Source: Antedon mediterranea (Eukaryota; Animalia; Echinodermata). From it: a stretch of DNA of 64,000 nucleotides. The notes beneath the pieces are model-generated. The model was not told the DNA's origin. It saw nothing but the letters and a program-made list of their open reading frames with translations, and ran no database searches. The DNA is taken from assembly GCF_964355755.1 (NCBI RefSeq), contig NC_092674.1, positions 2,108,001 to 2,172,000 of the forward strand. The letters run 5' to 3'. Position numbers and translations under genes: made by a program. This document shows positions 24,550 through 36,586 of this stretch, one piece after another. How positions within the stretch are numbered: the first letter of the stretch is position 1; every line of letters starts with the position of its first letter.

Positions 24550-27500
24550 GTGAGAATACTCAGGAGAAAAAAAGCGTAAAGCCTAATATTATACCCCATA
24601 GCTGCTTTTATAAATTTAAAAAAAAAAAATTTTTCCTATGTTTTTTCCTATGTTTTTTTCAAATTATTCAGGTTGCAAAGAATATAGCCAAAGCCAAGTT
24701 ATGTGAAAGCTATTTATTGATCTAAAATATTCTCATATTTTTAAAAAAAATATCATTATTATCCATATAAATGTATAAATATAATCTTTTTTACCGTGAT
24801 TATGTACAAAGGTCAAGTCAGCAGCAGTGAGCGTTCATATAGTATATTGTTTGAACTGCATTTGATCGATCATCTATAAAGTCATTTTATGATTGAATAG
24901 AATACATGAATAGAGACGGCTGTATGAATATTATATGTTTAGCATAAAAAGGAGAAATCGTAAACTGATATGTGTAATTATCATACGCTGCTGTGGATTT
25001 ATTTTAAGCTCTGTCTACACTATCAAACTAGTTTGACAAAAACAGTGTAATGTGCCCAAATATGGTAGTGATATATACCCAAATATGGTAGTGATATGAC
25101 ATCATGTACATATATGGGCACATCACATTTTTTTGTCACATTACATTTGATAGTGTAGGTTGAGCTTTAGTCTCTCGACACATTTTAATTATTTTCTAGT
25201 TATTCCATAAAATCTGTCTATCTCTGGAAAATAATAGTTTCCTAATTCCCATACCATGGATTTCATTTAACTCCCTGATCTGTGCAATTTATTTGTGTCT
25301 TACTTTTACTCTAGGTAAACCTACAGGACACATTCTATTTTAAAAGAGACATCAAAAGATGAAATTCACTCAATTTGCAAAAATAATTCAGTGTTTGGTT
25401 AAAAGTAATAATGATAAAAATTGGTTTCAGTAAATAGTTGGCTTACATAACATTATTATAAAAGAGACACCAAAAGATGAAATTCACAAAATTGTTATAT
25501 TTTGCAAAGGTAACTAATTTTTTTAATACTTTTTTTCTCTCTCTTTTTGTATACTAACAAAAGTTTGTTTCAGTAAATATTTGGACTATATAAATTATTC
25601 TGAATTCAATCCAATGCATATTTACAGATTACAAAAATAAAATAGTTATGTCATCAAGTATTTCTGTGTTGTATCAAGAGGACGTAGTGTTAAGTTCTGT
25701 CTACACTTATCAAACTAGTGTGATGTGTCTAAATATGGTAGTGATATTCCCAAATATGGTAGGAATATTCCCAAATATGGTAGGAATATGATATCTTCAT
25801 GTCCATATATGGGCACATCACATTCTTTTTCTTTCTGATAGTGTAGACAGAGCTTTATACTTATTACAGTAGGCTATTCAGTTACTGTAGAGCAGAAACC
25901 TTTGTCCCACTCAATATGACGCCATCAAATTTGAGATTTCTTTTATTAACATCAATTAGTCTATCAATAATTAAACGGTAATATCTATTGGAGATCATTT
26001 CGTGCTGCTGTATTGTTTCATATTCTAATACAATTAGCGGTTTTGCTCCATCATGTAGTCCGTTACAACATTGCTGTCAATTTTATCTGTGGTAGTTAGT
26101 AAGTTTGTTCATTACCTTATATGGGTATATTTATATCCCAGGTTATCAGCATTGTCTTTCTTTATCTCTGTATCATTAGATATCTTAATTCCAGAATGTC
26201 TAACTTACTAATTACATGAATCATATAACTCTGATACTTTAGTTTCAACAATTAATTCAAAGTTTCAATCTTTAGTATTGCTGATAGAATATTATTAATA
26301 TTAAGAAAACTAATACTTTAGTGCCAACTAATATTTTATAACATTTTTGCTGTCAATGCTTTAATGTTTACTCAAAGAAATACAAATTTATCATAATTAT
26401 AAAAGTAATTTAATTTAATTCAATTCAATTTCTTTGTTGCTGCAAATGCTATCAAGGGCTAATATCCGCTTAAAGGCCAGGGGCGGGCAAAAAATTTCTA
26501 TTGATCATACATTCCAATAATTATCGATCTATAGTTTCCCCTATGTTTCATAATTTTTGGGATTTTATTTGTGTTACACGAGCTTGTTGAAAATAAGCTC
26601 TTTCTTATCAGTGGGGGGATAGTTAAAATTACACAGTAAAATCTCTATTTTTTTGTACACAAATTTTGTAAATAGAGAGGCATTTTAAAAAGCTATGAAA
26701 ACTAAACAGTGTGGTAAAAAATGATATCAGATGACTAAATATAAGTAATATAACTTGAATATTACATTTCTGGTATTTTTATTCAACTTCAGATTTTTAT
26801 TTTCATGCTATAGCAAAAATTATCCACCGTATATCCACCATCTTTTTTCACCTTCTAGGGAGTCACCAGACATGTTATTACATTAGGTTAACTACCGAAC
26901 TACTGAAAAAAAGTCTTGCTGGTTTTTATGGAAGAATTTTGCAAAATTTTGTATTTGACCATATTAAGGGAAATTCATGTTTTTTCGTCTTGATTTCTGT
27001 TACAAATATTTGATTTACGTACAATTAACCAAAAATGTTATTAAAAATTATTGCCTGTACCTGAGCTTTAAACATACTACATCATACAAACATACATATT
27101 TTACATTTAAAATTTAAACACATAAAAACGTTCAATAACAAAAAATCATCCAATTAAAGATATATATTTCTCCTAAAAACATTATTTGTTGCCAGATTTG
27201 TTTTTCAATATACAATACCATTTTATTGTCACATAATAGTTATTCACTTTGACCAAAAACTGGATTAAGAAAAAATTATTTACCTGAAAAAAATGTAATT
27301 TTAAGCAAAAACTACTTGAGACAATATTTTTTGGTTAAAATGAAACGTTTCTTTTGTATTTTTATAAGTAAAATAATAATTATTTTTTTTTTTACAGAAG
27401 TGAATAACTTGATTAAAACTGCAAAATGGCCTATTTAAAGTTTGAATTTATTAATCTTCATTTTTCATGTTTTTGCGGGACAATACATCTTTAACATTAA

Positions 27501-28215
27501 AATTAGTCAAGTGAAGTTAATTATATACTTTTGCCGTAAATCAACCTACCCAATCAATATATCAATTAATTCAACTGAAATACTATGCAAAATTGAAGGA
27601 CTGTAGCATCTTTGAACTCTGTATTATAATATAACAATATGAGTGATTGAGTAACATAGTTGATGTGACCTCCTGTGGTTCGTTAATGTTTCATTCCCTT
27701 GGTGTATCTAGTGACTTGTTAATTAAAAAATGAATTGATTTATTTATCACCTGACTCATCTCAGATTTATATCATCATATTTTTTGCATAATTTATAGAA
27801 AGGGGAGATGAAATTACAATGAGATAAACATACAATCTGGTGTAAAGCTCTGTCTACACTATCAAACTAGTTTGGACATAAAAAGTGTGATGTACCCAAA
27901 TATGGTAGTCATATGCTTAAATATGGTAGTGATATGACATCATCATGTCCATATATGGGCACATCACATTTGTTGTTATATAATATGTGATAGTGTAGAC
28001 AGAGCTTTAGATGAACAGATTGCTGTATAAAACATAATCTCTCTGACAAATTTCAAATTTTAAAATAATTTTTTTTAACTTGGCCTGTTTGTTTTGTTTA
28101 TGAGTTGGTTTACACTAGACTACCAGGCCTGTTATATTTCTAAAGATGAGGTGGTTCACACTAGACTACCACTACCAGGCCTGTTATGTTTCTAAAGATG
28201 AGTTGGTTTACAGTA

Positions 28216-29399
28216 CAGGGATGTAATTGTGCAGGGCGGAGCCGGGCGGGGCCGCCCTGCCTAAAAGCCTCCCGCCCAGTCTAAAGCTAATTTTAAGGCC
28301 TTCCGCCCAGCGTCAGACGTACCTGTCCGCCCACCCTAAATTCCTTTTTTTTCCGCGAAATATCGGGCATATTCTAGCTAACACAAGCTCACATCGCACA
28401 ATGCAGCTAGCCTAGCACAAAACACACAGCTTTGAAAATCAACCAAGCAGAACTGTCATGTACTTAATGCTGATTGGACGGTACGCTCAAGTTCCACTTG
28501 AGTGAACATCACAACCTAGCATGCAGCTTGCTAGCTAGCTTTGCATGCATGCTGTGCGCGATTTTCTTATCTCCTCTGCTGTATGAATGAATCATGGAGA
28601 ATATTTAAAAAAACCGGCGAATTAAACTGTAGGCTAATCAACCGTTCCACGCCGACTGCTTTGTGGAGTAACTTCCCGACTACGTGTATTTATTAAAAAA
28701 ACATTGAATTGAAACATACTATATATCTTGTACTGTTATTATTTTTTATTTTGTGAATTACATCATTTGCGCGAGTATACTGTAGTATGGCTCGGATGAT
28801 AGCCTAGATCATTCATCGCCCAGGCCGCAGACCTGGCGAAATGTACGTTCGTTCATGTAAGTACATCGTGATGTTTTTCTACGTGGTTGTTGTGCGGCAT
28901 GAATATCAATAAGAGGTTTTTATCTTGAAAAAATATTCTCGGCTAAATCGAACAAATTTATTTAATTCATGCAAGCTAGCTAGGCCTAGGCGTTCTTCAG
29001 GGGCAAGTTAACCACAAAGGCAGTTATGTTTAGGTCCAAATGGTAGGCCTACACTTACACTGTCAAAGCATGGAGGTATAAACCGGGAGGTACGTATAAT
29101 TACGTCCATGGTACTAAAAGTAATGTTTTGCTTTATTAAAATCATTCACCTGAACAATGATAATATTATTAATAAAAAAAAATGTAAAAAATTACACATA
29201 TAAACCATCATTAAAATGAGTCTTATAAAGGTCAATATAGCAAATTTTTTCAGGGGCCTTCGGCCCCTGAACCCCGACCGGGGGCCCTTGGCGGCCCCCT
29301 GGCCCCCAGCCTAAGTTCCTCGCTTCGCTCGTAAGCTTAGTAAAAAACCACCCTCACAATTTTTTTTTCCACCCTCAACAATTCTTAGCTACAACCCTG
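28216..29399. mobile_element. Non-autonomous hAT-like element, 6-bp TSD
   Basis: Ends CAGGGATGTA / TACAACCCTG; ACAGTA duplicated at 28210-28215 and 29400-29405; splits a local tandem repeat of about 50 bp. Confidence 0.85.
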
Positions 29400-32300
29400 A
29401 CAGTACACTAAACTAGCAGGCCTGTTTTTTAAGATGAGGTGGTTTACACTATGCTGTTGATTGAGAGAAATGGATTACGTGCTGTATTGAATGATTAGAA
29501 CGTTGTAAACAAAGTTAGATTAATGTGCGTCTTTTTCAACCCTAATTAGTAATCTAGATGTTGTGTTGCTCTGGCTATTCTTCAACTGCTACAACGGCGC
29601 TGACAGATTGCAATATGAAAATCCTGGTTTCAACTGCCGCTTCCTGGAAGCTGAAGTTTTACAGACGCCGGTTACGAACTTTAGGTTTATTCTGGTTGGC
29701 ATTTCCATACTAAATCTCAAACTGTAAGATGTTGAACCATTGTTGTCATGACATCATTCCAAATCTAATACGAACATATTATGTAACTGTATATAAAAAT
29801 TGTCCCTTTTCATTTGCTGATGAGCATTTTCTATAAAAATTTCTACTGTAGTTTTTTAAATTAAATAAGTGTTGAGTAATGAACAACTGGGCTACGAATT
29901 CATCAACCTTGAAAGTCGCCATAGCAACGGCAGTTAATAACCGTGTATAATTTACGGAACCTACAGGTTATGTGTTGAATCCCGTGTAATTATTCTTCGA
30001 GAGACTCGACGGACGTTCACACTCGTTGATCATGTACAAACGAGAATCCTACATGTGAAGTAATATTGCCGAAAATTTGGATTACGATGATTAATCACGG
30101 AGAGATTCTTACACTTGTTCAGCAAATGCTACACTACACATTACACTTACGGTTTATGGGTTGTGAGAATTGCAATTTAATCATCTTAATTATAGCGACG
30201 AGTTGAGATTTTATTACCGAGACTATTAGTACAACTGCCGTTGCATGGTCAGTAAATACTCATGTATATTGCGCACTGTCCATTATACGGCCATTAAAAT
30301 CAAGGGTAGTAGAATGAAGAGTTATTTGGGTCATTGCCATCGCAAACTACCGCATATTGCAGTTTGTACATCAGTATCTTGGCAACAATTTATCATTATA
30401 TCAATTATTGGTCGATAGGTGGAATGGCCGACGACATTAGATTGCACATACGCCAACTCTGTAATCCTGTAAATGTAGTTTATATCTCAAACATTTATCT
30501 CTAGTGGCCTACATATTTTGCATTAAAAACAAATTTAATTCTTACAGTAGCTCCTTAAAGTAATTTGAAGATATAACTTTGCCCTAATTTATACACAAGC
30601 GTAAAAGCATACTCTGTCATTCTCTGGCCCACATGTCATGCAATACAATTGAATTTCAACAGTAAATGCTTCAACTCACTGTTTTTATGACGTTATCACT
30701 ATCAGTATTTTTTTTAGCGTACAGGGTCAGAAATCAGAAATTTTAACCTTCAATATTTATACAATCTTTATTCATAATTTTATTGCACTACTACGCCTTT
30801 GTTTTCAAATGTGGATAAAAATTCAAGTCTGCTGCATGTAAATTATTATTATTATTATTATATGTCATATACAATAATTTCACATTGAGGCTAGGGTATT
30901 GCATTTTCCATCATCTGGTATGATGCAGAGGACATGCATAAACAACATTAAGCTACATGTGCAACATTACTAAATGTTAAGCAAGTTCCCTAAATGTTAG
31001 ATATATGGCGATCCATATACAGAGGTGTTCTGTACCTAATTTTAAAGTGTTTAAATCGGACTTTAAAGTACTGAATACTCTAAAACTCTGTATACACTAT
31101 CAAACTTTATGTGATGTTCCCATATATGGACATGATGATGCCAAATCACTACCATATTTGCGCATATTACTGCCATATTTTTTTTCAAACTAGTTTGTTT
31201 GCCGAGCCGAACTTATCATGTAAATGTACCCATACAATAAGTAAGTAAATATGTTTCCATCCTTTTAATACAACACGCTTAATCAACAATATAATCAACA
31301 ATATTTTAAATTAAATTCTTTTTAATTTATTGAAATATTATACTTTTTTTTCTGTATGTGAGTCATGTAACATGAGTATGAATTAATTTCTATAATAAAT
31401 TTAACTGAATGTTGTTTGTTGTCGGGCAGAGATTGAAAACAATGGGAGTGAGTGAGCTAGAGGAACGCTAATGTACTGCTAGGCCGATTGAAATGACAGA
31501 TGATACAGTCAATATAAAATATCTGATTCAATTAATGTCACATTGGGCATTGCATTTATTCCCATCAAATCTTTGTGGAATTAAATTTGATGAGATTGAA
31601 AAATAGGATGAGGTAGCCTTAGCTTTCTCTAATGCTGAAATATGGTTTTATTTTGATACAAATGACATTGAATTACCTTTTTTGAATACTGTTATTTAGC
31701 GCAATAAAAATAAAATATGAATATATTTTTATTAAGAACATTTAAAGAATATGACAAAATTGTATACAAATTATTGAAGCGTCAGTTTGTTTTAATTTTT
31801 CGGCGTTATCAGCGTGAGGAAAGAGAAAATAAAACTACACTATGTCTATGATAGCAATGTGTCATTTATAGGCCTAAATGAAGGAGAAAAATCCTTGATT
31901 TAATTGTAAATATTAATCATTATATAAACCTGGTACTAAACCTATTTTATAATAGTACATTCTGTATACAGCACATGGAAATACTGTACTCTGATGATAA
32001 TAACATTTGAATTACTCCAGAAAAGTAAATGACCTTTACTCTCTGTTACAGCACTGCATGGGGCCTACCTGCGAAATTAGGTAAAAATTTGGGGATAACA
32101 TTAAGCCTACAATATGGAGTGGCATTGGAGCTATGATCTACAGTACTAGCGAATAATTTATAATTTAATATTTTTGTGTTATTTAATAAATTATTCTTTA
32201 ATAATGATGCTTGATAAGTATACAATAAGCCAACAGGTTAAAGAAAAAGCTAAAATTAGAATTATAATTGATGTAATAAAGAGTTATGAATATTATTGAA

Positions 32301-33239
32301 TTTACTGGTATATCGTTAAATGCCTGTAGTAGTAATAATACCTCCGAGCTGAGGTTGATTAACATTAATTTGCAACGAACATACAAAACAAAGACTTGGC
32401 AGCAAGTTGCGAATCTAAATTTGATGTATTTTTCTTTTGGCTGTTCAAAATTATTATGCAATAAACAATATTTTGTTTATTTTTACTTTTTGAATGCAAG
32501 CTGTTCGAATAAAATGATGGAAGCCTCTCTTTCTAGACTGTTTCAAACAAACTTGGGAATTTCCGACAGTATGTAGTTTAAGGATGGTAAGATCCGCTTG
32601 GTATTGGTGTTGGTAAATGAATATTAAATGAAAGGGCTATTGTCGGTTTATCCAGGTAAGCTAGCACTCCTAGACTACCAACACCACTGTTGGTTTGTGT
32701 AACCATCTTTAAAAAGGGTCCCCCTTCCAGTTTAGCCCAGCGAATTAACTGATATTCAGGGACCCTCTTTTAAGAGGTTTACTTAACCTCTGACCTGAGT
32801 TCTTTAGAGGGCAGGACGCCAACAACGAGTACTGTTTTGATGCTTGTTGCTATATAGGCCATTAGTGCCTCCTACATGTTGTGTAAGAAATTATGTTTAT
32901 GAATGAATGTACAGTAGGAAATAAATGTTATTTTGATTGATTGAAAAGTTTACTGTATTATTTTACTCTAAATACGCCATTGTGTATTTCCAATTACTTT
33001 ACCATTATGATGATAATGATATTTTCAATTACTGTACCACTTTGAAATCCGTGCACTAGTACTGAAAATGCCTGCAGAATAAAGAATAAATAAATAATAA
33101 ATATTGTTTGGACACTAGAAAAAAAAACCAGCGTAACACTGTGTATACACACATTTAATAATTAAATTAATTCATATGGTAATAATGTTCATAATAAATG
33201 GCTAAATTTTATTCATGTTTTATATATTGTTTTTTAACC

Positions 33240-33815
33240 AATTTCAATAATTTATGAAATAAATTAAAATATTAAAACCTTGTTTTTCGATTTTCTTTTT
33301 CTTTCTAAAATCAATCAAATAAAGTATGAAAATAAAAGACTTTATTGCGACCACTAATAATGTTGGATTTCAATGATTTATGAAATAAAATATTAAATAA
33401 TATTAATAAAATGTTAAACCTGTCTTTGTTTATCACTTTTCATTTTCTTTCTAAAATCAATCAAATAAACTATAAAAATAAAAGACTTTATTGCGACCAC
33501 TAATAATGTTGGATTTCAATGATTTATGAAATAAAATAAAATATTAAATAATATTAATAAAATGTTAAACCTGTCTTTGTTTATCACTTTTCATTTTCTT
33601 TCTAATATCAATCAAATAAACTATAAAAATAAGAGACTTTATTGCGACCACTAATAATGTTGGATTTCAATGATTTATGAAATAAAATAAAATATTAAAT
33701 AATAATATTAATAAAATGTTAAACCTGTCTTTGTTTATCACTTTTCATTTTCTTTCTAAAATCAATCAAATAAACTATAAAAATAAAAGAGACTTTATTG
33801 CGACCAGTAATAATG
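33240..33815. repeat. AT-rich tandem repeat of about 150 bp, about 4 copies
   Basis: CTTTCTAA(A/T)ATCAATCAAATAAA...GACTTTATTGCGACCA recurs near 33301, 33447, 33598, 33752. Confidence 0.9.
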
Positions 33816-34571
33816 TCAAGATTGTTTGTGTAATCACGTCAGTGATTCTTAATGCTCCTTAATATGTCGCAAGATTTATTTTTTCTATTCCATATGACGT
33901 TCATTGTCTAGTGTATTATCGTCAAATACTAATTGATTTAGTCAAGAATATACAGAATATCATTCGTTAATATACAGTAAATATTAATGTTAAATTCTGA
34001 GATAAGCAGGGGTAAACATTTGTAGGATGTTTGTTCCTGGATACCCACCTTATCTCAGATGTTCTCCCTTATGAAAATATAACCTTTTCACCTCAGGAAA
34101 TTATTTGCTCTATTGCACTCATAAATATTCATTATTTATATATCATTATTTACCCTTGTTACGTAATAAAAAGAACCTTTACTACCAACAATGTTTACGT
34201 ATTTATTTCATGATACTATAAATAAATAAATAAATACAGCGATCTGTCTTGTACTGTACTCTTTCAAGCATCGCTTGACGTCCGAAGGTGTTAAGAAGGA
34301 TTATATTTTACCAAATTTGTTCTTTTAAATTGTTAAAATGTTATATTTGCATCTTTGTTGAAAGTAAATTAATTAAATAAACATAGAGTGGATTACTATT
34401 CAATTAAGGTATGATCTAAATATAGTAACCCAAAAAAAGAAAATGATTTAATTGATACAATTGAGTGCTTTAATGTGAAGTGAACTATCTTTGTTTCTTG
34501 TTATGACGCCATATAGACGCTTATTAACAAACTAACAAACGCCACATAAAATACAGTAGTATCAATATAAA

Positions 34572-35104
34572 GGTAAAGGTGAGTCCCGTGTTCTATGAAC
34601 GTAGGGGAATGAGCTGTTAGGAGCTCATTGTACTAAGCCTCGGCATTATGTGGTAGAACGTAGGGGAATGAGCTGTTAGGAGCTCATTGTACTAAGCCTC
34701 GGCATTATGTGGTAGAACGTAGGGGAATGAGCTGTTAGGAGCTCATTGTACTAAGCCTCGGCATTATGTGGTAGAACGTAGGGGAATGAGCTGTTAGGAG
34801 CTCATTGTACTAAGCCTCGGCATTATGTGGTAGAACGTAGGGGAATGAGCTGTTAGGAGCTCATTGTACTAAGCCTCGGCATTATGTGGTAGAACGTAGG
34901 GGAATGAGCTGTTAGGAGCTCATTGTACTAAGCCTCGGCATTATGTGGTAGGGTGGCCAGTTCCTTTCCACGCCGCCTTTTTTCTCCCTAGTATTTTCAA
35001 CTAGGTACTCATTTACAGCTGAGTGGACTGGGAGTTGTCGGGAATTGAACCCAGGTCTATCTGTATGACAGTCAAGTGTCCTAACCACTCGGCTATCCAA
35101 CTCC
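34572..35104 (-). mobile_element. tRNA-derived SINE with internal 59-bp x6 array and 11-bp TSD
   Basis: - strand head GGATAGCCGAGTGGTTAGG...GGGTTCAATTCCC, core CCACTCAGCTGTAAATGAGTACCT (Nin-like), (ACCTTT)n tail; ATCAATATAAA at 34561-34571 and 35105-35115. Confidence 0.85.
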
Positions 35105-35563
35105 ATCAATATAAAACACGCTAGAAATACCATCCCATACCGGTCTCGTAGTTGATGATTCTTTGACAGGAAAGTTAGTTGTTTTCAAAATGCTTTTTTT
35201 ATGACCCCATTGGAAACTAATTCTTCTTTAAATAGGGATTAATTGCGTCAATCTATCTATCTTTTGTACATTTTAGATTCAAAATAATTCAAGTGTAATG
35301 ATGCAAGGTTATTGTGGACATTTACCACCCTATACCACCATGTGGTATTACCCCTGTGACTTTTAACATTTCTATAGACGTTACTTTATAATTTCAATAC
35401 AAAATTTTATAACAAACAGAGAGATTGAAATTGGTTCCGAAATGTTGATCTCTCAGTCTGTATTAATCAATTTTGTATTGAAATTAATATTATTTTAGCA
35501 AATATTTCTTCAGCAGACACTGTCTATTTAATTCAATAATTGTTTTCATTTTTGTCTTTGCAG

Positions 35564-35611
35564 GCATGTACTAAAGAAGGGTATCTGTCGATGCAAACAT
35601 CTTCATTCCAA
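35564..35611 (+). CDS. DGKD: DGK type II exon 2 (PH domain start)
   Basis: ACTKEGYLSMQTSSFQ versus KEGQLLKQTSSFQ; tttgcag acceptor and gtaagt donor. Confidence 0.88.
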
Positions 35612-36282
35612 GTAAGTTATTTGATAAAATATCGTCATTTACAAAGTTATGTTTATTAGTCAGATATAAAGCTTGGTTCCATTTAGGTGCAACTCCAGTG
35701 ACTTGACCAATCACAAGTTATTGCGTTCAAGTGTAGCAGCATGATGCCTTAGTCTTTTTGATAATAACTCGGTAGGCTATCTTGGGGGAAAAAATAAATA
35801 GATTTTGCACTCACTTAATATTACACAGTAAACAATTGGAAAACAAAATATTATACAAAATAAAACCAATACAGATATTAATACTGATGTATATCCAATG
35901 TGAGAAACATGAAATTCTTCAACAATGATTGGAAATTCATATTTCAAGATCTTGGTCATAATATTAATTTATATTCCATTTAAAATGTTATGTGCAGAAT
36001 ATCGAAGGTATAAAACGGGTTAAATTGCTCCTTTAGGCAGTTATATTCAAGAGAACGGAAGCATTAGGAAACAGTTAACATGCGATAGCTTATAGTAATA
36101 CTAAGGCTGAAAAATGGGTATTTGGAAACTTGGCACTGGGCATGTGCACACCCCAAAGCACGTCTGGGAAAATAGAGTCTACGAAAACATTTGCTGATAA
36201 ATATTGAAGTGCATACTGTAGTTTTTGTGAGATGAGTGGCGTTTTTTGTAAGAAATTATTTCTTGTTCTATTTTTATTACAG

Positions 36283-36345
36283 AGATGGCGAAGCAGGTAT
36301 TTCAAGTTAAAAGGGAGGAAGCTGTTCTACGCTAAGGAAAGCAAT
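36283..36345 (+). CDS. DGKD: DGK type II exon 3 (PH)
   Basis: RWRSRYFKLKGRKLFYAKESN; ttacag acceptor and gtgagt donor. Confidence 0.92.
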
Positions 36346-36586
36346 GTGAGTTGTTTATTTATAGCTTTTAATAATCACATTGCCAACTGTAGCTTATTAT
36401 TATATAGTTTAAAGCATGCCTACTAATATATGTTTACTTATTAATTTGATTAATTGCAAAGTATTGAATTATTTATTTAGTTTCGCGTTCTAGTTTCAAA
36501 TCACTGACTTTTTCATCATATTATTTTTAAGAATGTATAAATTGTTAAATAATGAAGAATGAATGTATTACAAAATATTTAATAAA

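Noticed and set aside
26470-27438. Kolobok-like element bounded by TTAA
   Set aside because: The terminal match (AGGCCA / TGGCCT) is too short and offset to support.
34597-34950. CRISPR-like array of palindromic repeats
   Set aside because: Units are directly adjacent and identical with no unique spacers, no cas genes are present, and the array lies inside a eukaryotic SINE.
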